A stretch of DNA of 30,023 nucleotides from a virus. Lineage: Duplodnaviria; Heunggongvirae; Uroviricota; Caudoviricetes. The notes beneath the pieces are model-generated. The model saw nothing but the letters and a program-made list of their open reading frames with translations, had not been told where the DNA came from and ran no database searches. Each line of letters opens with the position of its first letter. The stretch's first letter is position 1. A program made the translations under genes and the position numbers. Shown piece by piece: positions 8,556-21,374 of the stretch. Where the stretch lies: IMG/VR virus record IMGVR_UViG_2778261270_000003, one strand, 5' to 3'.

Positions 8556-9308
8556 ATGAACCTTGAAGCCTTACCAAAATATTACTCCCCAAAATCTCCA
8601 AAATTGAGCGATGACGCTCCAGCGACAGGCACCGGTTGTTTAACAATTACGGATGTAATGGCAGCGCAGGGGATGGTGCAGTCGAAAGCACCACTTGGGT
8701 TGGCCTTATTTCTGGCAAAAGTTGGTGTTCAGGACCCTCAGTTTGCGATTGAAGGCCTGCTAAATTACGCGATGGCACTGGATAACCCGACATTGAACAA
8801 ATTGAGTGAAGAAATCCGGTTACAGATTATTCCTTACCTCGTGAGTTTTGCCTTTGCTGATTACTCCAGGTCTGCGGCAAGTAAGGCTCGCTGTGAGCAT
8901 TGTTCAGGTACGGGATTTTATAATGTATTGCGCGAAGTGGTGAAACACTACAGACGCGGGGAATCTGTAATCAAGGAAGAATGGGTGAAGGAACTATGTC
9001 AGCATTGCCATGGTAAGGGCGAAGCCAGCACAGCGTGCAGAGGGTGTAAGGGTAAAGGGATTGTTCTGGATGAAAAAAGAACCCGGTTTCATGGCGTACC
9101 GGTATATAAGATTTGTGGGCGTTGTAATGGAAACCGGTTTAGTCGTTTACCGACCACGCTGGCACGACGTCATGTCCAGAAGCTGGTACCAGACCTGACC
9201 GATTATCAGTGGTATAAGGGGTATGCGGACGTCATTGGTAAACTGGTAACAAAGTGCTGGCAGGAAGAAGCATACGCGGAAGCGCAATTGAGGAAGGTGA
9301 CGAGATAA
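8556..9308 (+). CDS. quuQ: Late-gene antiterminator Q
   Basis: 250 aa from ATG 8556 (track ORF begins at upstream TTG 8526). Cys-rich zinc-binding cluster CEHCSGTG...CQHCHGKGEASTACRGCKGKG typical of Q-family antiterminators; immediately upstream of a candidate late promoter. Confidence 0.85.
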   Translation: MNLEALPKYYSPKSPKLSDDAPATGTGCLTITDVMAAQGMVQSKAPLGLALFLAKVGVQDPQFAIEGLLNYAMALDNPTLNKLSEEIRLQIIPYLVSFAFADYSRSAASKARCEHCSGTGFYNVLREVVKHYRRGESVIKEEWVKELCQHCHGKGEASTACRGCKGKGIVLDEKRTRFHGVPVYKICGRCNGNRFSRLPTTLARRHVQKLVPDLTDYQWYKGYADVIGKLVTKCWQEEAYAEAQLRKVTR

Positions 9309-9339
9309 ATGATTTTTGCTGAAGATGGCGACATGATGT

Positions 9340-9368
9340 TTGCATTTTTCAAAAAATATGGATAAAAT
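9340..9368 (+). promoter_or_regulatory. Candidate late promoter (pR'-like)
   Basis: TTGCAT-17 nt-TAAAAT, 32 nt after the Q stop, followed about 45 nt downstream by an intrinsic terminator; the usual Q-utilisation arrangement. Confidence 0.4.
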
Positions 9369-9413
9369 TTTTTCAACGATGGGCTTTGTATACCCGACGT
9401 TAAGAAAAAGTAG

Positions 9414-9437
9414 AAAACCCGCTGATGAGCGGGTTTT
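9414..9437. terminator. Bidirectional intrinsic terminator (tR'-like on plus; cspF terminator on minus)
   Basis: AAAACCCGC-TGATGA-GCGGGTTTT: GC stem flanked by an A-run and a T-run, so it is terminator-like in both orientations. Confidence 0.55.
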
Positions 9438-9729
9438 GTGCTTTAAATGGGGCAATGGTAATGTTGAATCTCATCCCGGGACTCATGTCTGTTAACTTAT
9501 TATTTAGCTGGTGACTTGGTTATTTGCCTGATGTTTAAAATGTTTTCTTCCAGTACAATGTCCCTAAACACAATGAGTCTGCTTATTATATTATTAGCAG
9601 AGCTATTACGGCCAAAGTACAGCATAAGCTTTTAAAGCCAATCAACCAGTCATCAAGACAGACGGGGTTATTCATAAAAACTCTCCATGTGTGATCCGAT
9701 GGGGCCTGAAATTAAAGCTTTAATATAGC

Positions 9730-9942
9730 TCATGAAAGGTAAACATTGGCAGCTGAAGGGCCACGCAGACCATTTATCCGGCAAAATTCCACGCGTAATC
9801 CGGTGGTAATTTCTTCTGCATCGCGGAGATTGAGCGCTGAAACATGAAGCTGGACATCGATACGACCATCGGATGGGGTGATAAGACCCTTGCCGCTTTT
9901 GCCGTCAAAGGTTTTGACAATTCCTGTCATTTTACGGGACAA
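9730..9942 (-). CDS. cspF: Cold-shock-domain protein (CspF/CspH-type, non-canonical RNP motifs)
   Basis: 70-aa product [26 protein letters not shown]...; cold-shock-domain fold, divergent from the adjacent cspB as in Qin. Confidence 0.9.
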
Positions 9943-10242
9943 AAAAATTCCTTAATACTGATAACTTGGCGCACTATACACACGTTCCTGAAGAAAGCTA
10001 TAGTTTTTTGATGGGGTTGAAGATGGCTGGATGTCTAAAATAAACATTGCTTCATATGTTCAACTATGCGTTAATGATTGCGTCGGTTTGAAGAACAGAC
10101 GATATACGAAGTAGTTTACTAAAGCAGTTCTCATTTCAGGTGTTATTCACTTATTCCTTCTTTGAGTCTCTCCAATTAAGTACGAAGTCGTTTCTGTTAT
10201 GCAAACCATTTATGCCGAAAGGCTCAAGTTAAGGAATGTAGA

Positions 10243-10458
10243 ATGTCAAATAAAATGACTGGTTTAGTAAAATGGTTTAACGCTGATAAAGGTTTCGGCT
10301 TTATTTCTCCTGTTGATGGTAGTAAAGATGTGTTTGTGCATTTTTCTGCGATTCAGAATGATAATTATCGAACCTTATTTGAAGGTCAAAAGGTTACCTT
10401 CTCTATAGAGAGTGGTGCTAAAGGTCCTGCAGCAGCAAATGTCATCATTACTGATTAA
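10243..10458 (+). CDS. cspB: Cold-shock protein CspB
   Basis: 71-aa product [37 protein letters not shown]... with RNP1/RNP2 motifs; long AT-rich 5' leader. Confidence 0.9.
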   Translation: MSNKMTGLVKWFNADKGFGFISPVDGSKDVFVHFSAIQNDNYRTLFEGQKVTFSIESGAKGPAAANVIITD

Positions 10459-10739
10459 AATTCATCGCTCGTCTGTATACGATAACGAAGAAGGCTGATG
10501 CCTGAGTAGAGATACGGACAGAGTAGTGAATATTGGATCTCTTTAATAAAAAGTAAGGAGGTCCAATACATGAAACAATGGCTAGCATATTTGGCAAAAT
10601 CTTAATCAGGAAAAGTATGCTAACCATTGTGGTGAAGTGCAGGTTTGCTGCATGAATAGTTTTACAGCAGAAGCTAACTGCTGGCATGGCAAAACAAAGT
10701 GCGTAAGTGGATGACTCCCACAAAAAGCACCACAATCTC

Positions 10740-10763
10740 AAACCCGCTCAGGCGGGTTTTTTA
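10740..10763 (+). terminator. Rho-independent terminator downstream of cspB
   Basis: AAACCCGC-TCAG-GCGGGTTTTTT. Confidence 0.65.
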
Positions 10764-10821
10764 TTATCTGCTTTAAATATATTATTAAAATATAAAAAAT
10801 ACTTGTTACTAATAAAATCAA

Positions 10822-10992
10822 TCAGGCTACAGCTTTAAGATTTGTCTGGAATACTTTGTTGCAATGAGGGCAGATCAAAAGGGCACCTTTTTGTACTCTT
10901 GAAAAACTGTGTTCTGACTCTTGGGTGCAGTTTGGGCAGGAACATTTAACGAGATAATTACGGCGTGATTTTGAGTTTTTACGTTCTGACAT
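10822..10992 (-). CDS. Small zinc-ribbon protein (Com-like, C-x-C-P-x-C ... C-P-x-C)
   Basis: Track ORF 10822-11043; probable start at ATG 10992 with AGGAAAAG RBS, giving 56 aa MSERKNSKSRRNYLVKCSCPNCTQESEHSFSRVQKGALLICPHCNKVFQTNLKAVA. Four Cys in two knuckles and a basic N-terminus. Confidence 0.4.
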   Translation of the reverse strand: MSERKNSKSRRNYLVKCSCPNCTQESEHSFSRVQKGALLICPHCNKVFQTNLKAVA

Positions 10993-11211
10993 AGGCTTTT
11001 CCTGTATAAATGGCCGTATACAGTACACTAAATATGAAAACATTTCTCGTATTATTATTTTATATATGACTTTCTTTCAAAATAATTACCCACATTTTTA
11101 ATGTGTATGTTTTTTTAGCGCCGTTGAGAACAACGTGTGCTGTCAAAACTACCCCGTAGACTCCGATCTTTTCAAACATATTGCACCATCCGTGTACATC
11201 GGGGTGAGGAT

Positions 11212-11427
11212 ATGAAATCAATGGATAAGTTAACAACAGGTGTTGCCTATGGCACATCGGCGGGTAATGCTGGTTTCTGGGCATTGCAGTTACTCGATAA
11301 AGTAACTCCGTCACAGTGGGCTGCAATCGGTGTGCTGGGTAGCCTGGTTTTTGGCCTGCTGACGTATCTGACAAATCTTTATTTCAAGATTAAAGAAGAC
11401 AGGCGTAAGGCTGCGAGAGGAGAGTAA
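11212..11427 (+). CDS. essQ: Class II holin (phage 21 S-type pinholin) with MKSM dual-start motif
   Basis: 71-aa product [71 protein letters not shown]; two transmembrane domains and charged C-terminus; starts at Met1 and Met4. Confidence 0.9.
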   Translation: MKSMDKLTTGVAYGTSAGNAGFWALQLLDKVTPSQWAAIGVLGSLVFGLLTYLTNLYFKIKEDRRKAARGE

Positions 11428-11431
11428 TCCA

Positions 11432-11739
11432 ATGACTCAAGACTATGAACTGGTTGTGAAAGGAGTCCGTAATTTTGAGAATAAAGTTACGGTAACTGTA
11501 GCCTTACAGGACAAAGAACGCTTTGACGGTGAAATTTTTGACCTGGATGTCGCCATGGACCGTGTTGAAGGAGCTGCGCTGGAGTTTTATGAGGCAGCAG
11601 CCAGAAGGAGCGTCCGGCAAGTCTTCCTGGAAGTAGCAGAAAAATTGTCAGAAAAAGTTGAGTCTTATCTGCAGCATCAGTACTCCTTTAAGATTGAAAA
11701 TCCTGCCAATAAGCACGAGCGTCCTCATCATAAATATCT

Positions 11740-11743
<4 letters not shown>
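11432..11743 (+). CDS. ydfR: YdfR-like small protein of the lysis cassette
   Basis: 103-aa ORF between holin and endolysin, overlapping the endolysin start by ATGA; same size and position as Qin YdfR. Confidence 0.75.
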
Positions 11744-12767
<1,024 letters not shown>

Positions 12768-13129
12768 GGTAATATTAAATCGGAACATTTACATCGCGGA
12801 ATGTAAAATTTAAATAAAAAGGACTCTTCCATGAGCCAAAATTCCTGAAATCTTAAGGGTAAGATAAAAGGTCTTAATCAGAATGACACGTTTTATTAAT
12901 AAATAAAGCTATTCTTTCATTGCTGTGTTTTTCTTTACAAAAGTAATCCTTGCTATGGGTGGTTAATCATGCGTTAATGGTGTTCTGGTTTGTTACAAAT
13001 TTATCTGAAGCAGTCATTGTTATAATTTTATTATTTGTACCTCTTGAGATTTCCTTGTTGGTTTTTCTCTCTGATATTTTTTTTCGGACCATTCTGCCCA
13101 AGGGCTAATTTCTTCAAAAGGTAATAATT

Positions 13130-13342
13130 ATGTCTAACAAAATGACTGGCTTAGTGAAATGGTTTAACCCTGAAAAAGGTTTTGGTTTCATCACGCCGAA
13201 AGATGGCAGCAAAGATGTGTTTGTCCATTTCTCAGCAATTCAGAGCAACGATTTCAAAACATTAACTGAGAATCAGGAAGTTGAATTTGGTATTGAGAAC
13301 GGACCTAAAGGTCCTGCCGCTGTTCATGTAGTGGCGCTTTGA
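13130..13342 (+). CDS. cspI: Cold-shock protein CspI
   Basis: 70-aa product [42 protein letters not shown]...; long AT-rich leader upstream. Confidence 0.9.
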   Translation: MSNKMTGLVKWFNPEKGFGFITPKDGSKDVFVHFSAIQSNDFKTLTENQEVEFGIENGPKGPAAVHVVAL

Positions 13343-13370
13343 GGTAGACAATATTACAAACCATATTCAC

Positions 13371-13541
13371 TTTAGATGCCCGTGTTGTCATGGTTCCCAG
13401 TATAGAACATCATCTTTTGATGTTTCTGACATGAATCCTTTCGGGGCAAAATGTATCTTTTGTAAATCAATGATGATTACATTTGATAATATTTCACAAT
13501 ACTTAAATGCCAGCCGTCTGTCGTTGGATTTAAAAAAGTGA
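13371..13541 (+). CDS. Small Cys-rich (CPCC...CIFC) zinc-ribbon-like ORF; start uncertain
   Basis: Open frame ...FRCPCCHGSQYRTSSFDVSDMNPFGAKCIFCKSMMITFDNISQYLNASRLSLDLKK* ending at 13539-13541. Only in-frame ATG is 13431, after the first Cys knuckle; may use a non-ATG start or be a remnant. Confidence 0.3.
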   Translation, partial: FRCPCCHGSQYRTSSFDVSDMNPFGAKCIFCKSMMITFDNISQYLNASRLSLDLKK

Positions 13542-13613
13542 AAATGAAGGCTCCTTCGGGAGCTTTTTTGCTTGGTGTCTATTCGATGGATACTCACATA
13601 CTACGGTAACATC

Positions 13614-13844
13614 ATGAAAAAAATCATAGTTTTTTTTAACTCTGAACCAGCAGTGGTAGTGCCAGCGATGACTGGAGTTAACACCATCATGCGTGAATAT
13701 CCAAATGGCGAAAAAACACACCTTACTGTAATGGCCGCAGGGTTTCCATCTCTGACCGGAGATCATAAAGTCATTTATGTAGCCGCGGATCGACATGTTA
13801 CTTCAGAAGAAATTCTGGAAGCAGCAATAAGGCTCTTGAGTTGA
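13614..13844 (+). CDS. YnfO-like small prophage protein
   Basis: 76 aa from ATG 13614 (MKKIIVFFNSEP...); track ORF starts at an upstream in-frame codon 13572. Position matches the Qin cspI/gnsB neighbourhood. Confidence 0.55.
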   Translation: MKKIIVFFNSEPAVVVPAMTGVNTIMREYPNGEKTHLTVMAAGFPSLTGDHKVIYVAADRHVTSEEILEAAIRLLS

Positions 13845-14012
13845 TTTGATGCTATTGCATTGATAATTCAGGAAAATTCTCTTTGTCTGTTTGTGTAAAA
13901 TTTAGACTATCGTATGTTGATTATTGCGATGTTTCATCTTATCTTTTACACGTTTGCACCATATAATCGACTTACTGTGTAACTGGAAAGTCATAACAGA
14001 CTAAAAGAGGAA

Positions 14013-14189
14013 ATGATGAATATTGAAAACTTAAAAACAAAAGCAGAAGCAGATATTTCTGAATATATAACAAAAAAAATTATTGAACTTAAGAAAAAGA
14101 CCGGGAAAGAAGTTACCAGTATTCAGTTTACCGCACGGGAAAAAATGACGGGTCTTGAAAGCTATGATGTCAAGATTAATTTAATCTGA
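14013..14189 (+). CDS. gnsB: GnsB (secG/fabA suppressor family)
   Basis: Not in track (<60 aa). MMNIENLKTKAEADISEYITKKIIELKKKTGKEVTSIQFTAREKMTGLESYDVKINLI; tandem ATG (14013/14016); AGAGGAAA RBS. Confidence 0.85.
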   Translation: MMNIENLKTKAEADISEYITKKIIELKKKTGKEVTSIQFTAREKMTGLESYDVKINLI

Positions 14190-14218
14190 TGTATTCAATA
14201 ATAAAATTTATCCATAAA

Positions 14219-14241
14219 CCTCGTTTTTACGGGGTTTTGTT
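14219..14241 (+). terminator. Weak intrinsic terminator after gnsB
   Basis: CCTCG-TTTTTA-CGGGG (one G:U pair) followed by TTTTGTTATATTT. Confidence 0.4.
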
Positions 14242-14340
14242 ATATTTGAATGGTTCCGAATATCTAAATCACAATTGTTGATGGTTTTTATTAAACCAAT
14301 GCAGTCCGGCTCAGGAGTGAGAGAAGCCGGACGTTATGGT

Positions 14341-14751
14341 TTAGCGTGGTAAGATCTGTGTAGTTTTCTGGATGCTTTCAGTAAATAGTAATGAATTATC
14401 AAAGGTATAGTAATATCTTTTTTGTTCGTGGATATTTGTAACCCACCGAAAAACTCCTGCTTTAGCAAGGTTTCTTCTGTATTCCTGAAATGTGATCTCT
14501 CTGGATTTCAGCTTATTAGAGGTCGTTTCTATAAGATGCCTATCCTTTGAAAATTTGACAGACACAATGTTTTTTAGGCCCTTTAATAACACTGTATTAT
14601 CATTTTTTAATACAATATGAACATTCTCTGTGGCTAAATAGTAAATGTAATGTGAGACATTGTGACGTTTTAGCTCAGAATAAAACCATTGATAGTTTAA
14701 ATCGTTTCGAACTTTATCAAATATTTGTTTAAAAATGACTACCTGATCCAT
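14341..14751 (-). CDS. ydfO: YdfO (DUF1398-family prophage protein)
   Basis: 136 aa from ATG 14751 ([14 protein letters not shown]..., GGAAGG RBS); track ORF begins 5 codons upstream. Matches size and position of Qin YdfO. Confidence 0.8.
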
Positions 14752-14808
14752 AGATAAACCTTCCATGTGATATGAGGGGGCGTAGTCTGCACGATTATCT
14801 AAATTGCT

Positions 14809-15042
14809 TCAATCTGGTCTGACCTGTTTTCTGAGCAATTCAGTAATGTCACTCTTTTCTTTGTTTGCTTCAGAAGAAACTCTTTTTTCTGAGCACAGTC
14901 TCCGGCGGCAGGCTTCAATGACCCAGGCTGAGAAATTCCCGGACCCTTTTTGCTCAAGAGCGATGTTAATTTGTTCAATCATTTGGTTAGGAAAGCGGAT
15001 GTTGCGGGTTGTTGTTCTGCGGGTTCTGTTCTTCGTTGACAT
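14809..15042 (-). CDS. Small ribbon-helix-helix-like DNA-binding protein (DUF3950/YlcI-like, NFS motif)
   Basis: 77 aa; basic N-terminal tail then RNIRFPNQMIEQINIALEQKGSGNFSAWVIEACRRRL, which reads as beta-strand / helix / G-x-N-F-S turn / helix. Sits 57 nt upstream of ydfO on the same strand and abuts the cos region. Confidence 0.55.
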   Translation of the reverse strand: MSTKNRTRRTTTRNIRFPNQMIEQINIALEQKGSGNFSAWVIEACRRRLCSEKRVSSEANKEKSDITELLRKQVRPD

Positions 15043-15214
15043 GAGGTTGCCCCGTATTCAGTGTCGCTGATTTGTATTGTCTGAAGTTGTTTTTACGTTA
15101 AGTTGATGCAGATCAATTAATACGATACCTGCGTCATAATTGATTATTTGACGTGGTTTGATGGCCTCCACGCACGTTGTGATATGTAGATGATAATCAT
15201 TATCACTTTACGGG

Positions 15215-15420
15215 TCCTTTCCGGTGATCCGACAGGTTACGGGGCGGCGACCTCGCGGGTTTTCGCTATTTATGAAAATTTTCCGGTTTAAGGCGTTTCC
15301 GTTCTTCTTCGTCGTAACTTAATGTTTTTATTTAAAATACCCCCTGAAAAGAAAGGAAACGACAGGTGCTGAAAACGGGCTTTTTGGCCTCTGTCGTTTC
15401 CTTTCTCTGTTTTTGGCCGT
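15215..15420 (+). other. cos site (cosQ-cosN-cosB); 12-nt cohesive end GGGCGGCGACCT at 15242-15253
   Basis: ...CGGGTCCTTTCCGGTGATCCGACAGGTTACG | GGGCGGCGACCTCGCGGGTTTTCGCTATTTATG... reproduces the phage lambda right-end/left-end junction as I recall it, followed by the Nu1-binding cosB region and Nu1. Confidence 0.9.
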
Positions 15421-15430
15421 GGAATGAACA

Positions 15431-15950
15431 ATGGAAGTCAACAAAAAGCAGCTGGCTGACATTTTCGGTGCGAGTATCCGTACCATTCAGAACTGGCAGG
15501 AACAGGGAATGCCCGTTCTGCGAGGCGGTGGCAAGGGTAATGAGGTGCTTTATGACTCTGCCGCCGTTATAAAATGGTATGCCGAAAGGGATGCTGAAAT
15601 TGAGAACGAAAAGCTGCGCCGGGAGGTTGAAGAACTGCGGCAGGCCAGCGAGGCAGATCTCCAGCCAGGGACTATTGAGTACGAACGCCATCGACTTACG
15701 CGTGCGCAGGCCGACGCACAGGAACTGAAGAATGCCAGAGACTCCGCTGAAGTGGTGGAAACCGCATTCTGTACTTTCGTGCTGTCGCGGATCGCAGGTG
15801 AAATTGCCAGTATTCTCGACGGGATCCCCCTGTCGGTGCAGCGGCGTTTTCCGGAACTGGAAAACCGACATGTTGATTTCCTGAAACGGGATATCATCAA
15901 AGCCATGAACAAAGCAGCCGCGCTGGATGAACTGATACCGGGGTTGCTGA

Positions 15951-15976
<26 letters not shown>
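15431..15976 (+). CDS. nu1: Terminase small subunit Nu1
   Basis: 181 aa MEVNKKQLADIFGASIRTIQNWQEQGMPVL...; matches recalled lambda gpNu1 essentially throughout. Confidence 0.97.
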
Positions 15977-19657
<3,681 letters not shown>

Positions 19658-19677
<20 letters not shown>

Positions 19678-20977
19678 TCTCCCGCATATTGCCAGCATGG
19701 CTTTTAATGAGCCGCTGATGCTTGAACCCGCCTATGCGCGGGTTTTCTTTTGTGCGCTTGCAGGCCAGCTTGGGATCAGTCGCCTGACGGATGCAGTATC
19801 CGGCGACAGCCTGACTGCCGGAGAGGCACCCGCGGCGCTGGCGTTATCCGGTGATGATGACGGACCACGACAGGCCCGCAGTTATCAGGTCATGAACGGC
19901 ATCGCCGTGCTGCCGGTGTCCGGTACGCTGGTCAGCCGGACGCGGGCGCTGCAGCCGTATTCGGGAATGACCGGTTACAACGGCATTATCGCTCGTCTGC
20001 AACAGGCTGCCAGCGATCCGATGGTGGACGGCATTCTGCTCGATATGGACACACCGGGCGGGATGGTGGCGGGAGCATTTGACTGTGCTGACATCATCGC
20101 CCGTGTGCGTGACATAAAGCCGGTATGGGCGCTGGCCAACGACATGAACTGCAGTGCAGGTCAGCTGCTTGCCAGCGCCGCCTCCCGGCGTCTGGTCACG
20201 CAGACCGCCCGGACAGGCTCCATCGGCGTCATGATGGCTCACAGTAATTACGGCGCTGCGCTGGAGAAACAGGGCGTGGAAATCACGCTGATTTACAGCG
20301 GCAGCCATAAGGTGGATGGCAACCCCTACAGCCATCTACCGGGTGATGTCCGGGAGACACTGCAGTCCCGGATGGATGCAACCCGCCGGATATTTGCGCA
20401 GAAGGTGTCGGCATATACCGGCCTGTCCGTGCAGGCTGTGCTGGATACCGAGGCTGCAGTGTACAGCGGTCAGGAGGCCATTGATGCCGGACTGGCTGAT
20501 GAACTTGTCAACAGCACCGATGCGATCACCGTTATGCGTGATGCACTGGATGCACGTAAATCCCGTCTCTCAGGAGGGCGAATGACCAAAGAGACTCAAT
20601 CAACAACTGTTTCAGCCACTGCTTCGCAGGCTGACGTTACTGACGTGGTGCAAGCGACGGAGGGCGAAAACGCCAGCGCGGCGCAGCCGGACGTGAACGC
20701 GCAGATCACCGCTGCGGTTGCGGCAGAAAACAGCCGCATTATGGGGATCCTCAACTGTGAGGAAGCTCACGGACGCGAAGAACAGGCACGTGTGCTGGCC
20801 GAAACCCCCGGTATGACCGTGGAAACGGCCCGCCGCATTCTGGCAGCTGCACCACAGAGTGCACAGGCGCGCAGTGACACTGCGCTGGATCGTCTGATGC
20901 AGGGGGCACCGGCACCACTGGCTGCAGGTAACCCGGCATCTGATGCCGTTAACGATTTGCTGAACACACCAGTGTAA
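19658..20977 (+). CDS. C: Head maturation protease / scaffold C (GTG start)
   Basis: 439 aa from GTG 19658 (VTAELRNLPHIASMAFNEPLM...), 20-nt overlap with B as in lambda. The track's 484-aa version starts further upstream and is not supported. Confidence 0.93.
20372..20977 (+). CDS. nu3: Scaffolding protein Nu3 (in-frame internal start within C)
   Basis: Internal ATG 20372 (MDATRRIFAQK...) in the C frame at the position corresponding to lambda Nu3. Confidence 0.8.
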   Translation: MDATRRIFAQKVSAYTGLSVQAVLDTEAAVYSGQEAIDAGLADELVNSTDAITVMRDALDARKSRLSGGRMTKETQSTTVSATASQADVTDVVQATEGENASAAQPDVNAQITAAVAAENSRIMGILNCEEAHGREEQARVLAETPGMTVETARRILAAAPQSAQARSDTALDRLMQGAPAPLAAGNPASDAVNDLLNTPV

Positions 20978-20986
20978 GGGATGTTT

Positions 20987-21319
20987 ATGACGAGCAAAGA
21001 AACCTTTACCCATTACCAGCCGCTGGGCAACAGTGACCCGGCACATACGGCAACCGCGCCCGGCGGATTGAGTGCGAAAGCGCCTGCAATGACCCCGCTG
21101 ATGCTGGACACCTCCACCCGTAAGCTGGTTGCGTGGGATGGCACCACCGACGGTACTGCCGTTGGCATTCTGGCGGTTGATGCTGACCAGACCAGCACCA
21201 CGCTGACGTTCTACAAGTCCGGCACGTTCCGTTATGAGGATGTGCTCTGGCCGGAGGCTGCCAGCGACGAGACGAAAAAACGGACCGCGTTTGCCGGAAC
21301 GGCAATCAGCATCGTTTAA
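20987..21319 (+). CDS. D: Head decoration protein D
   Basis: 110 aa [27 protein letters not shown]... from ATG 20987; lambda gpD. Confidence 0.95.
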   Translation: MTSKETFTHYQPLGNSDPAHTATAPGGLSAKAPAMTPLMLDTSTRKLVAWDGTTDGTAVGILAVDADQTSTTLTFYKSGTFRYEDVLWPEAASDETKKRTAFAGTAISIV

Positions 21320-21374
21320 CCTTACCCTTCATCACTAAAGGCCGCCTGTGCGGCTTTTTTTACGGGATTTTTTT

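Noticed and set aside
9309-11211. Possible tRNA genes between Q and the lysis cassette, as found in some lambdoid prophages
   Set aside because: Read the interval for cloverleaf-compatible segments with a 3' acceptor stem; found only terminator hairpins and AT-rich leaders.
13388-13597. 69-aa minus-strand ORF opposite the Cys-rich small ORF
   Set aside because: No RBS, overlaps a more plausible plus-strand zinc-ribbon frame.
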